Of a DNA stretch of 64,000 nt, positions 10,604 to 24,872 are shown one piece after another; the stretch's first letter is position 1, and the number at the start of each line of letters is the position of its first letter. The translations under genes were made by a program, and so were the position numbers. The stretch comes from Octopus sinensis (lineage: Eukaryota): assembly GCF_006345805.1 (NCBI RefSeq), contig NC_043002.1:54188001-54252000 (forward strand). Direction: 5' to 3'. A model generated the notes under the pieces. That model was not told where the DNA came from and ran no database searches. It saw only the letters and a program-made list of their open reading frames with translations.

Positions 10604-13535
10604 ATGTCAGAGGTCTGGTGAAACCCACTAATATGGGTAAAATTCCTTACCTTAGGGACTTGAGCACAAGCAACCATGCAATATGCATAGCACTGACTGA
10701 AACGCACCTGTCAAGCAGTATAGCAGATGCAGAAATACACATACCGAAGTATACTGTTTTTCGGTCGGACAGGAAGGAAAGAACTCATGGTGGGGTTGCC
10801 CTGTACGTCCGTGAAGATGTCACACCCATAGTACTGTTGACACACTCCAACTCAGTCTGTGACACACTGATAGTACACATGAAACAACCGAAAATAGTAA
10901 TATGTGTCACATATCGGCCACCAGTCATGAAGGAGTGTTTGAAGATAGCCTCAGAAGAATAGAAGAAGTCCTGGACAAACTGGACCAGGGTAACACCATT
11001 CTACTGCTGGGAGATTTTAACCTTCCGAAAGTCAAATGGCCAGATGGCCATCTCCTCCCTGGAATGACATCACTTGAACAGAGACAGACAGAGTCCTTGT
11101 TGGCTCTCACAGGCAAGTTTTTCATGGAGCAAGCAGTGCTTTGGCCAACAAGAGGTGAGAATGTCTTGGACCTCTGTTTCACAAGCAACCCGATGCTCAT
11201 CCACAACATAATGGTAACACCAACAATTCTCTCAGATCACAACTTAGTAGAGGTAATGATATATGGTATGAGAGAGTTAGTTGAGACGCAGCCATTAGAA
11301 AATACCACAGGCCTATCCAGTCTAAACTTCCATAAGGCAAACTGGAAGAAGATCAACGAAGAGATCCGAAAACATGACTGGAGTGACTTCATCACCACAC
11401 AAGACACCAACACACATTTCCAACATTTCATGACAACAATACAGAACATATGCCATAAGTTTGTCCCGGAGAAAAAAGCCAGCGGGCATAGGAACGTTAT
11501 TCCCAGAGACAGGAAAATACTTATGAGGCGAAGAGCTAAGCTCTCGAAGCAACTGAATGCACGGCAGAGAAACAATGAGGGACTCCACCTGAAACTTTTT
11601 GAAACGGAAACTGCACTCAAACTTTCCTATGAGAAGGAGAGGGCAGAGAGAGAAGCCAGGGCCATAGAGAATATTAAAACAAACCCTAAAGCCTTCTTTA
11701 AATTTGCGAAAGAAACCACCTCGGTACACTGCAAGATTGGCCCACTCTTTGATAAAAAGGGCTCTCTAACTGAGGACCCCCAAGGGATAAGTGAAATACT
11801 AAAGGAACAGTATAAAAGTGTGTTCACATCCCCTCTGGGGCACATGCAAATCACAAACCCAGAAGTTTTCTTTGATAACACAACACTCCAAAACCAAACA
11901 ACAACCATCGACCACATAGACATAACAGAGAGGGATGTAATATCTGCCATAGAAGAAATGAGAATAAACTCAGCTGCTGGACCAGATGGATTCCCAGCAG
12001 TCCTCCTAAAAACATGCAGGCATGCCCTAGCGGGACCACTGAAGAAGCTCTTCAGTGGTTCCTTGGCTAACGGTAAACTGCCCAGGGCGCTAAAAGAAGG
12101 CACCATATGCCCTATCCACAAAGGAGGGAGTAGAGCAGAGGCCAAAAACTACAGGCCAGTCTCCCTGACGTCACACATAAGTAAGGTCATGGAACGAATC
12201 ATCAGAAAAAAACTGATCACGTTCCTCGAAGAAACTAACCGTCTCACTGACACACAGCATGGCTTTCGCCCAGGGAGAAGCTGCCTTACGCAGCTGTTAC
12301 AACACTACGACTGGGTACTGAAACAACTACTGGATCGCTCACAGGTGGATGTGGTATATCTCGACTTTGCGAAGGCCTTTGACAAAGTCGACCACGGAGT
12401 GATATGTCACAAATTACTCAGACTCGGCATAACAGGAAAAGTAGGTGAGTGGATACATGACTTCCTGAAGGACAGAAGCCAGATGGTTGCAGCCAATGGA
12501 GCCCTCTCGGGAAAGACAACAATAGCAAGCGGGGTGCCGCAGGGCACAGTCTTGGGACCCTTGCTGTTTTTGGTGGCGCTCTCTGACATGCCCTTGGTAG
12601 CACAAACAACATCCCTCACTAGCTATGCTGATGACACAAAGGTAGCACAGGCAATCAAAAACCCAGCTGATGCTGACCTTTTACAACAAGATCTGGATGC
12701 CATATACAAATGGGCTGAAGACAACAACATGCAATTTAATGCTGGTAAATTTCAAGCCTTACAATATCAAGCTGTAAACACATATACATTACAACACAAC
12801 TATACTGGTCCAGGAGGGATCGAAATCCCAGTATCGAAATCAATACGGGACCTGGGGATAGACATGAGTGACGATGCATCTTTTTCTTCACACATCGCGA
12901 AGGTGGCGACAATGTGCAGACGACTCACTGGCTGGATCCTGAGGACATTCCGGACAAGAGACTGCGAGACCATGTTGACACTATGGAGGACATTTGTCCT
13001 AAGCCGCCTGGACTACTGCTCCCAACTGTGGTCACCGCATAGTGTCAAACTAACCACAGAGCTTGAGACAATCCAAAGACATTTCACCAAGAGGATTTCC
13101 ACCATGAAAGAAAAGAACTATTGGGAGAGGCTTAGGGAACTCAATTTGTACTCCTTGGAACGAAGACGAGAGAGATATGCAGTGATATACATATGGAAAA
13201 TCCTGGAGGGACTAGCACCAAATTTTGGAATTGAGAGCTGTTCCAATCCCCGTACAGGACGTCACTGTGTGGTGCCAAAGGTCCCGTCTTCCACATCCAG
13301 GGTAAGGAGCAGATACTGTAATAGCCTGGGGTTCAGGGGCCCTCAGCTTTTCAACAAACTGCCAAGAAAACTAAGAGATCTGCATGATGCGGATGTGGAC
13401 ATTTTCAAAAAACATCTAGACAAGCTGCTTTCCGGGATCCCAGATGAACCCACTGCAAGGTACGAGGGTAACCTAAGGGCAGCAGCTACAAACTCTCTCT
13501 TAGATCAGTGGCCAGCCACGGCAAACTGGACTTAG
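10591..13535 (+). pseudogene. LINE copy 1 ORF2: APE endonuclease + reverse transcriptase, one frameshift near 10925
   Basis: LLLNVRGL, ALTETHL, DRKERTHGGV, YRPP, LGDFNLP, LDLCF, SDHN; RT YRPVSLTS, QHGFR, LDFAKAFD, GVPQGTVLGP, YADD; 877-aa open frame 10902-13535. Confidence 0.93.
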
Positions 13536-13617
13536 AGAGGGTAGCAACAAGGGCGGTGCCCCAGCATGGCCTCAGCCGGATGGCTGAAACAAGTAAAAGA
13601 GTAAAAGAGTAAAAGAG

Positions 13618-13655
13618 TATATATGTATATATATATATATATATGTATATATATG

Positions 13656-13686
<31 letters not shown>

Positions 13687-13717
13687 GTATATATATATAT
13701 ATATATGTATATATATG

Positions 13718-13748
<31 letters not shown>

Positions 13749-13763
13749 GTATATATATATGTA

Positions 13764-13802
<39 letters not shown>
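13618..13802. repeat. (TA)n array
   Basis: Directly follows the tail of LINE copy 1. Confidence 0.98.
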
Positions 13803-13806
<4 letters not shown>

Positions 13807-13809
13807 AAG

Positions 13810-14550
13810 TAATATATATTGTTAAGTAATATTGTTAATAATAGAAATAATAGAAATAAGGCTAATGGAGAAAATAAGGAGAATGAAAATATCAGTGATA
13901 TCTATAACAATAATATGCAGTTGGATAAAAAGACTAACAATAATAATAACATTACGAATAATATAAGAAATCTTGGTAGGACTTTACACCTAAATGATGA
14001 AACAGAAGGATCAAAAATAATAGCAATACTTTAGATATCAGCACCAACTATAGAAATGATAATCAAAATAATAGGAACCTAAAACATCTACCAGGAATAA
14101 TCCAAGGCCTGAAGTTGTTTCTCCTGTGTGTAAGTGTAGAATAAAATCAAAATGCCCGGCACCTGGTCTATGTAGGGAAAATAATGTAATCTATAAATGT
14201 ACCATATCCACGGAGAATAACAAATATTTTACATTGGCTGTACAATTAATTTTTAGCCAGAGTTAGAAATCACATCTCGACTTTTAAATTACGTCATAAA
14301 GCTGGTACCACTACACTTTCAAACAAAATCTGGGAACTCAAAAATAATAATAAAAATTATACCCTTAATTGGGAAATAGTTAGGAGAGCAATTCCGTATA
14401 AAAATAGTAGGGTTGGTTGTCAACTATGCTCCATGGAGACGTACGAAATTCTAAAGCATAGTAAACATAGAAACTTATTGAATAACCATATCGAACTAGG
14501 TCAAGTTTGTGTCCACGCTAAATTGAAGACTTTAAAATATTTTAAATGAT
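13810..14550 (+). pseudogene. Decayed PLE C-terminus (Asn-rich linker, Cys motif, GIY-YIG endonuclease)
   Basis: From 14129 CKCRIKSKCPAPGLCRENNVIYKCTI, then YFYIGCT, then RNHISTF...LSNKIWELK...NWEI...CQLCSMET. Confidence 0.8.
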
Positions 14551-16230
14551 TGGAATATTCGTAACTAGATAGATAGATATAACTTGATTTCTACTAGTAT
14601 AGCACTGCTTTAAGTAGATAACTAAGAGTTCTCACATTACAGTTATCTTTTTCCTTATATCTGCATCAGTTTTTTGAGAACAGGGAAATGAATAGTACTT
14701 ATTCGCTACTTAATTGAGGCTTTTTTAATTTCAAACTCACAATTTTTAAATTCTTAATTTTAAATCTTATTTGTAATATTAATTTTAATTCCTAACTTAA
14801 TCTAATTTAAGTAGCATAACTCTAATAAATTATAATGAGTTACTGTAGCCCCATAATTCTATTTCAAAATTAAATAAATAAGGCTATTCCCTCGGTGATA
14901 ATATGATCATCTTCATTATGATAGACAATCCCCTAACACCTTGTAAATGATCTTATAAGATTTGACCTGTAGTCAGTCAATGTATGAATAATAACGACAA
15001 CTCCTTAAGACAATAAAAGAATAAATTAAATAAGTAAATTTTTAATGACTTTTGATAAGATTATACTTAGATTTTCCTAATGTATTTTCTGGTGATTTAG
15101 CATCTGACCCCTTAACCCTGACTGTGTTATCTCTTTAGATTCTCTTTAAACTCATAGCTGATTTCAACAGCAATAAATTAACGGTTTACTGGTCAAAGAA
15201 TAATATTCTCCTCTAGTTCCTAGATGCCTGTTGATTAAAACCAGACTTGCAGTCTACTAACTCTTCTGTATAACTAGAACCCTCTTTTTTTCTTTTTCTT
15301 TTTTTCCCTTCTTTCCCTATTTCTTTCTCTTTTCTCTTTTTTTCTTTTTCTTCTTCTTATTCTCTGTTTCCTTTTCTCTTCTCTTTTAGTCCCCCTTCCC
15401 CCCCTCTTTTTGCTCCCTCCTCCATTATTTTCTCTCTTTTCTTCTATTCCCTTCTCTATTCTTGGCCGCTCTAGAAAGCCCTTCAGCCTTTAAGAGTTAA
15501 ATAGCTACAGCCTCTTGTGAATAGCAGTAATGTGATTAATGTGGCAAATACCTAATCATATAACAAGGATTGATACCTACCTCATTGTGTTCAACCATTG
15601 AAAAATTTATCGCCTGTGAATATGAAATTCATCTCCATTTCTCTGGAAATTTACATCTACACCATTGGGATTTGTGCATCTATACAAAGGATTAATTCAC
15701 CCTCTCTGTAATGCTAATAAGCAGGAATTGAGACCCACCTCGTTGTAATTAACAATGGATAAATTTGTCTTCTGTGAGTATATAATCCCTCATCATATCT
15801 ATGGAAATTCATATGGATTAGGTCACCTTCTCTGTGATGCTATCAAAACTTTTTAAAATTCTGTGATAAGACTGTACATCATCTTTAAAGAACTTTAATG
15901 AACTTTAGAAATCTGTTTATGTTACTTAATTATCTACATTACTTCATGAGTATAGCCTCAAACACTAGAATGTCTAGAGATCTCACATGTATTTTAGCTG
16001 ATGAGTACGGGACTCGTTTATATGCTGTAATCTTTGCAACTTTTAATAAAACCTGTCCTTGTATGAAACGATCGTACTAAAAACCTATCCATTCTTGTTG
16101 CTTCTTTCTCGCTTATAATCACCCCACATTACTGTATTGTTAAATCAGTATAGTTTTTTTTGGTGCATCTAAGTAGGTACCATATTCAAGTAAATTCATT
16201 TAAATTAACTTGAATCTTTATTGCTCTTTG

Positions 16231-18201
<1,971 letters not shown>

Positions 18202-18355
18202 GACAACATATCTCTCCTCTTCCTCTTCTCTCTTGCTCTCTTCTCTTGGCTCCCAATCTCTCCTTAGGTACATAGACGCTCTCTTTCTCTATTACCCCCC
18301 TACTATTGGATTAATATAACTTAACATAATTAGATAGATAGATAATATATCAAGA

Positions 18356-19246
18356 ATGTCCAGAGCTTGGAAACGTGATGAACTGGCGTGGTTCCTGCGA
18401 GGATGGCAATGTGCTGACGGAGAAAGTCCAAGTAACATAATTGCGGCAGCACTAAGGAACAAAGGATTCAAAAGGACGCCAGCACAAATAGAGCGGAAGA
18501 GGCAAGAGTTCGTACGCTCATACGCACTTGTCAGATCGCACATAAACACACTGGATGCCATTTTTAACAGCGAAAAACGCGAACAAAGTAAAGATGGCAA
18601 GGATGGAGACGCGGGCGCAGATAAGGAGGGTCACCCCCACCTGGTGGACGCCCAGGAAGAAAACTCCAGCGAGAGGCCTGCCCGGGAGGTGAACCCAGGT
18701 ACGGATGCTCCTACCGGCACCAAAAGCCATGGACATGGCGATGAAGAGGCCAAAAAAAGAGGAAAAACTGAAGCTAAAACTCAGACAAAGCCAAGGGGCA
18801 AGGCAGCCAGGGATAGAGGCAAACCTAACTGTCCATATGCCAAAAAGGATGGAAACAAGCAGCGCACACGGGTATGTATGTTCTACCTGAGAGGTGCCTG
18901 CCGGCATGGAGAGGAAGGTGCAGGCTGCCGCTTTGCACATCCGGGACCCTGCCACAGAAACCAACCACCGAAAGGAAATGGGATGGACCACGCATCACCG
19001 GCCCCAAAACGAAGGTACGCAGATGTGGTGCGTACCACAAACCACCAACGTGTTGTTGAAAGGGCAGCTGCTGAGCAGGAATCTTTTTTGTGCATGGCAC
19101 AAAAGATTGTACAGCAGCTAACCTGGCTCCATCAGGCTCAGGCTCGCAGATGGAACTGCCCACAGTTCACAAGACCGCCACAGCAGATGGACCCAGGGTG
19201 GACACCACCGGCAACAGCATACACCTCACCTCGATGCTCCTACTGA
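18356..19246 (+). CDS. LINE copy 2 ORF1, 296 aa: N-terminal Myb/SANT-like (trihelix) region and CCCH zinc finger
   Basis: Intact ATG-to-TGA frame; W...E...IAAALRNKGFKRTPAQIERKRQEFVRSY; CMFYLRGACRHGEEGAGCRFAHP at 18875-18943. Confidence 0.8.
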   Translation: MSRAWKRDELAWFLRGWQCADGESPSNIIAAALRNKGFKRTPAQIERKRQEFVRSYALVRSHINTLDAIFNSEKREQSKDGKDGDAGADKEGHPHLVDAQEENSSERPAREVNPGTDAPTGTKSHGHGDEEAKKRGKTEAKTQTKPRGKAARDRGKPNCPYAKKDGNKQRTRVCMFYLRGACRHGEEGAGCRFAHPGPCHRNQPPKGNGMDHASPAPKRRYADVVRTTNHQRVVERAAAEQESFLCMAQKIVQQLTWLHQAQARRWNCPQFTRPPQQMDPGWTPPATAYTSPRCSY

Positions 19247-22193
19247 ACATCAGAGGACTACTAACACACAGTAACAGGACAAAAGTTCCGTTCCTGAGAG
19301 ACTTTGTCGCATGCAATCAAGCCTTATGCATAGCACTCACAGAAACGCATCTGAAACCGGACATAGCAGATGCGGAATTACACATACCACAGTATGTTGT
19401 ACTACGGACCGACAGGAAAGAAAGAAGTCATGGAGGAGTTGCTATGTACATCCGTGGGGACCTCACACCCCAGGTCCTTTTGTCATACTCAAACTCGGTG
19501 TGTGACACACTAATTGTACACATAAGGCAACTTGATGTAGTTGTGTGTGCTACATATCGCCCTCCAGATGCCCCAAGTCATATGGGCAAGTTTGAGGACT
19601 GCCTTTTAAAAATAGAAGAAGTTCTAACCACATTAGAACAACACATAAGTGTACTTCTCATGGGAGACTTCAATCTACCGAATGTCAGATGGCCCGAGGG
19701 CCTTTCTCTCCCAGGAATGACAACATGTGAACGAGGACAGGCGAGGTCCCTCCTGAACCTCACCAACACCCTGTACATGGAGCAAGTAATACTCCAACCA
19801 ACCAGAGCGGGTAACACACTGGATCTCTGTTTCACAAATAATATGGATCTCATCCATAATGTGAAAGTGACACCGACACTACTCTCGGATCACAACATGG
19901 TAGAGCTGACCATGTACGGGCCAAAAGAGAGCACGGACATGCAGCCTACAAGAAACCCTCAGAGTCTTTCTAGCTTGAACTTCAATAAGGCAAACTGGAA
20001 ACAAATTGAGAAAGAGATCCTCAAACAAAACTGGCCTGAATGTCTCTCCTCGCCGGACATCGACATGATACTTCAACAATTCATGTCTGTAATGCAAGCC
20101 ATATGCTACAAATGTGTCTAGAGAGAAAGGCCACTGTACACAAGAACAAAATCCCCAGAGAGAGAAAAATTTTAATGAGACGGCGCACAAAAATCTCAAA
20201 TCGCCTAAACAAACAAATTGAAAGCAGTGAAAAGTCCCGCCTGAAAATAAAAACTGTTGGAAATTGAAAATTGTCTGCAACTCTCCCATGAGAAGGAAAG
20301 AGCAGACAAAGAAGCCTGGGCTATAGACAACATAAAAACTAACCCCAGAGCTTTCTACAGGTATGCCAAAGAAACAGCTACGGTGCACTGTAGGATAGGG
20401 CCACTCCTTGAAAAGGATGGCACACTCACAGGAAAACCAATGAGGGTAAGTGAAATACTGAATGAACAATTCAAGAGTGTTTTCACTCCACCCCTTGGGC
20501 ATTTCCAAATCAGCAATCCAACTGACTTTTTTACCACTGCAGATATAGAATCAGAGGCGGCGACGTTAAAGTACATCGATATAAAGGAAGATGATGTAAT
20601 AAAGGCTATAGATGAAATGAAAATAGACTCAGCTATTGGCCCCGATGGATTCCCGGCAATCCTCTTAAAAGTATGTAAGAGAGTCTTAGCAAGACCACTG
20701 CAGTTCCTCTTTCAGAGCTTCCTTGCAGCTGGCAAACTTCCAAGGGACTGAAGGAAGGTAAAATATGCCCTATTCATAAGGGAGGTAGCAGAGCGGAGGC
20801 CAAGAACTACAGACCTATCTCTCTGACCTCACACATCAGCAAGGTCATGGAACGAATAGTCAGAAGGAAACTAATCACCTTCCTTGAAGAAAATGACTTG
20901 CTGCCTGACACCCAACATGGTTTCCGACCAGGAAGAAGCTGCTTAACTCAGCTCCTGCAGCACTATGACTGGGTGCTGAAACAACTGCTCAACCACTCAA
21001 ATGTGGAAGTCATATATCTCGACTTCGCAAAGGCCTTCGATAAAGTCGATCATGGAATGATATGTCACAAACTGCGTGATCTTGGCATAGTTGGAAAACT
21101 AGGAGAATGGCTTCACGACTTTCTGAAAAATAGAAGTCAGGTGGTAGTAGCCAATGGGGCCACTTCCATTAGCACGCAAATAGTGAGCGGTGTTCCGCAG
21201 GGCACTGTTTTGGGACCACTACTGTTCATAATGGCCCTCTCAGACATGCCCTCAGCCACGCGGAGAGCCACGATCACAAGTTATGCAGATGATACAAAAG
21301 TTTCGCAGGTAATACAGAACCCTGAAGACACTAGGCACCTGCAATATGAGCTGGACGAAATTTACAAGTGGGCTGAAAAGAATAGCATGCAGTTCAATGC
21401 TGAAAAGTTTCAAGCTTTATACTATCAGCATGCAAAACTGAATGCAATACCCAAGGAATACACTGGACCCGGAGGGATTGCAATCCCAGAGGCACAATCA
21501 GTGCGTGACCTGGGTATTCACATGAGTGATGACGCGACCTTTCATGTACATGTTGCTAAACTGACAGTGAAATGCAGACGCCTGGCTGGATGGATTCTTA
21601 GAACCTTTAGAACAAGAGAACAGGAAACCATGATGGTCCTCTGGAAGACACTTGTTCTAAGTCACTTTGACTATTGCTCTCAGCTATGGTCACCATCCAG
21701 TGTCAAGTTGATCACAGAACTTGAGGCGATCCAACGAAGCTACACGAAGAAGATAGCCTCTATGCAGAATGTAAGCTACTGGGAAAGACTCAAGAGATTA
21801 AAATTATATTCCCTGGAGCGTAGGCGGGAAAGATATGCCATAATATACATCTGGAAGATCCTGGAGGGAAGCGTCCTGAACTTTGGCATCGAGAGTTACG
21901 CAAACGCCAGAACTGGGCGCCACTGCGTGGTGCCTAGGACTCCAAACTTGCCATCAAGATGTAGGACAAGATTCTGTGATAGCCTGGGCTTCCGAGGCCC
22001 ACAGCTCTTCAATATCCTCCCGATGAACCTGAGAGACCTGCATGGGGTGGATGCAGATGTCTTTAAAATGGAGCTGGATCTCTTCCTGTCAGGTGTCCCA
22101 GATGAACCAACTTCACGGCAGGAGGGGCAGATGAGGGCAGCTGCATCGAACTCTCTCATGCACCAAATAGCAGTTGCTAGAAAGCCTCCATGA
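19234..22193 (+). pseudogene. LINE copy 2 ORF2: APE + RT, three 1-bp indels (about 20119, 20250, 20748)
   Basis: MLLLNIRGL, TETHL, GDFN, SDHN, QHGFR, DFAKAFD, GVPQG, YADD in ORF pieces 19090-20121, 20040-20267, 20257-20751 and 20847-22193. Confidence 0.92.
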
Positions 22194-22281
22194 AGTGAAA
22201 CCAAGTAGCAACACCAAATGGCGGTGCCCCAGCATGGCCACAGCTCATGAGCTGAAACTGGAATCAATCAATCAATCAATC

Positions 22282-22297
22282 ATATATATATATATAC

Positions 22298-22339
<42 letters not shown>

Positions 22340-22359
22340 TATATATATATATATATATA
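22282..22359. repeat. (TA)n array
   Basis: Between the LINE copy 2 tail and PLE A. Confidence 0.97.
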
Positions 22360-22593
22360 ATGTGAAATAGAAAGATGAATAATCTTGTAGCAGATTAATC
22401 AAAAGTTTAACCGATACCTTGGTAGCAAAAATCACAGCAGAAGACAGCACGGTTGGAGGTACAACCATATGGTGTTGCAACCGTGCGTTGGTGCGGATAA
22501 TTGAATTTTAAAATTATTGGTGAATTGAAGAAATGGAGCTGAACGAAGATTGAACAGAAATCGTTTTATTTCATTCTACACGTGTTTCGAAAG

Positions 22594-24872
22594 ATTTACT
22601 CGGTAAAGAGATCAAGAAAAATTATAGAAAAACCAATTGGAGTACCCTGAGGAAGGTAAACTTGGAAATTAAGGAAATAATATTTAAACACGGAATTCAA
22701 ATGAGAACGCAGCCGCTTAGCCCTAAGCAACCCAGATTTATAGTGAAGGACCATAAACCGAACTTCCACACCAACCCAGCGCTAAGACTCATATGCCCTG
22801 CTAGCTCTGATATCAGGATAATCAGTAAGTACATTTTAGATAAATATATCCCTAGTTTAGTAAACAAGCTGAAGCTCAGCCTCTGGGCCAACTCCTCGCA
22901 GGTAGTGAAGTGGTTCTCTTCCATCCCCAATAAGAACCGTACTAGGTTCATTCAGTTTGATATCGCCAGCCTCTACCCCTCGATTAACCCTAGTGTGCTA
23001 AATAAGGCCCTTTGGCATGCTCACAACAAGGCTGGCCTCACCAGAGAAGAGATAGATATCATTTTAGTTGCCAGGAAATCGTTTATTAAGTTTGATAATA
23101 AGTTGTGGATCCGTAAAGATACTCCCAATGAATTTGATGTGCCTATGGGTAGTTCGGATAGTGCGCAGATAGCCGATTTGGTCGGAATATATATTCTCTA
23201 CGAATTGTCCGACCAATTCCCGGAGATCGCGGGCGGCCTGTATCGTGACGATTGTCTGTTTTACCTGCAAAACACCACGAACAGAATAGTGCAGAAAACT
23301 AAGAGCAGGTTAGCTAGGTTTTTTAATAGAATGGGCATGAATATAGTTTTTGATAACGAACTCACCAAGGCTAATTTCCTAGACGTTACACTTAACCTTA
23401 ATAGCGACTCATACTGCCCTTACCATAAGCCTTCCACTAATTTGAAGTATGTCAGTGTCTTCTCAAATCATGCCAAAACCGTAACAGACAATTTGGTTAA
23501 AAACATCTCTCTAAGATTGTCTGGCTTGTCCGCCAGTGCCGATATTTTTATGCAGAAAGCGGAATTTTATAACGCCGCACTATCCAAGGCCGGTTATAGG
23601 CAGAAGGTAATTTATATTGATCCGGCCCTTCCGATGCCATCATTCGGTCATCAGGATAGGGCCGTCTATAATAACATAAACAATTTAAGTAGGGACGGGA
23701 TCGCGGCAGGTGCTGGGGCAGTCGCTCCCGCATTTAATTTAGCGAACAAGGATAATTATCGGTCCGGGAGATCTCACACTAACCCAAAACCCGTTATTCA
23801 TCCGAGAATCACCCACCCGAATGCGAGAGCTGGCGTCCCAACCCATCACATAGATAGGAATAAGCATATATGGTTTGTAATTCCCTTTGGTAAGCAGATT
23901 AGAACTAACCTCCCCCTCATGTTTAGACAAGCCATCGCCAATAACTTCCCCAGAAATTCCAAATATTACTCCACGGTTAACTCGCATAAAGTTAGGATAG
24001 CTTTCTCCAACACTAAAAACCTCGCCCAGATAATCGCCTCCCATAATAATAGGCTGCTTACTAAGACCCTATCACCTTTTTCCGGAGGCACAGCCTCTTC
24101 CGTTCCCGGTTTAATGCTCAGTAGGAATAATTATAGTAGTAATAATGATATGAGAGCCAGTACAGTGACTCATAATCTCAGCTCCAGCCAGGGATTACAC
24201 ACTAGGGGTATAGTTATAAATAGGGGTGTTGTAGTTGACGGTAACAATGGCAGTAGGGTAGAGAGTCCCAATAGCAACCCCAGCATCATTTCCGGCAATA
24301 GCAGCACCACGGGCACTAGCAATGACAGCACTCTGATAGATAGTGGAGAATCAGGGGTTATTCCGTTAGTTAATAGTGACATAGTGGAAAATAAAGTAGT
24401 AAGCGGCTGCAGTTCTCGTAACAAATATAGTGACAGTAACGCAGTTCTAATTTCAGAAACTAATCCTAGCAGAATAAGATTCACGTCGGCGAACTCCAAG
24501 ATCAGAAACGCCGTCTACCAATGCAAGGTTTACACGGACTCAGATGTCTACGCTTATGTAGGGGCCTCATCGTCAAGATTGGCTTTGCGAATCTCCAATC
24601 ATTACGCAACTTTTCGAGACATGAATAAACGCCAGACCACGTGACTCAGCAAGCTAATATGGCGATTGAAGGATACGAACTCAAGCTACAGGCTGGAATG
24701 GTCAATTTTGTCGGTGGCCCTCCCATTTGATAGGGGCAGAAGGAAGTGCAACCTTTGTGTCTCCGAACTCTTCCATATATTGTTCGCCAGAGACCGGATG
24801 GTAAACGGACTTTTACAGTCGGCTTTTCGATGCCCCCATTGGCGGCGTTACACTTATCTGGCTTATAAATAA
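22594..24872 (+). pseudogene. PLE A RT + GIY-YIG ORF (5'-truncated; nonsense codon at 24642-24644)
   Basis: RLICP, FDIASLYPSI, DVPMGSSDSAQIADLVG, LYRDD, FLDVTL, PYHKP; VYQC...YVGASSSRLALRISNH...LSKLIW...EWSIL...CNLCVSE. Confidence 0.92.

Larger units (their letters stand above)
9898..13617 (+). mobile_element. CR1/L2-group LINE, copy 1 (5'-truncated in ORF1; (GAGTAAAA)n tail)
   Basis: ORF1 remnant with CCCH finger, APE-RT ORF2, 3'UTR hairpin and tail aagtaaaagagtaaaagagtaaaagag at 13591-13617. Confidence 0.9.
18202..22281 (+). mobile_element. CR1/L2-group LINE, copy 2 (apparently full length; (AATC)n tail)
   Basis: Pyrimidine-rich leader, complete ORF1, APE-RT ORF2, 3' hairpin, (aatc)5 at 22262-22281; 5' boundary approximate. 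Confidence 0.9.

Noticed and set aside
15998-16020. CTGATGA followed by a small gagt/actc stem
   Set aside because: No GAAA or NUH downstream; not a hammerhead
14700-16200. Possible decayed minus-strand PLE N-terminal coding remnant
   Set aside because: Stop-riddled translation with only vague similarity (e.g. NRFLKF); no diagnostic motif found
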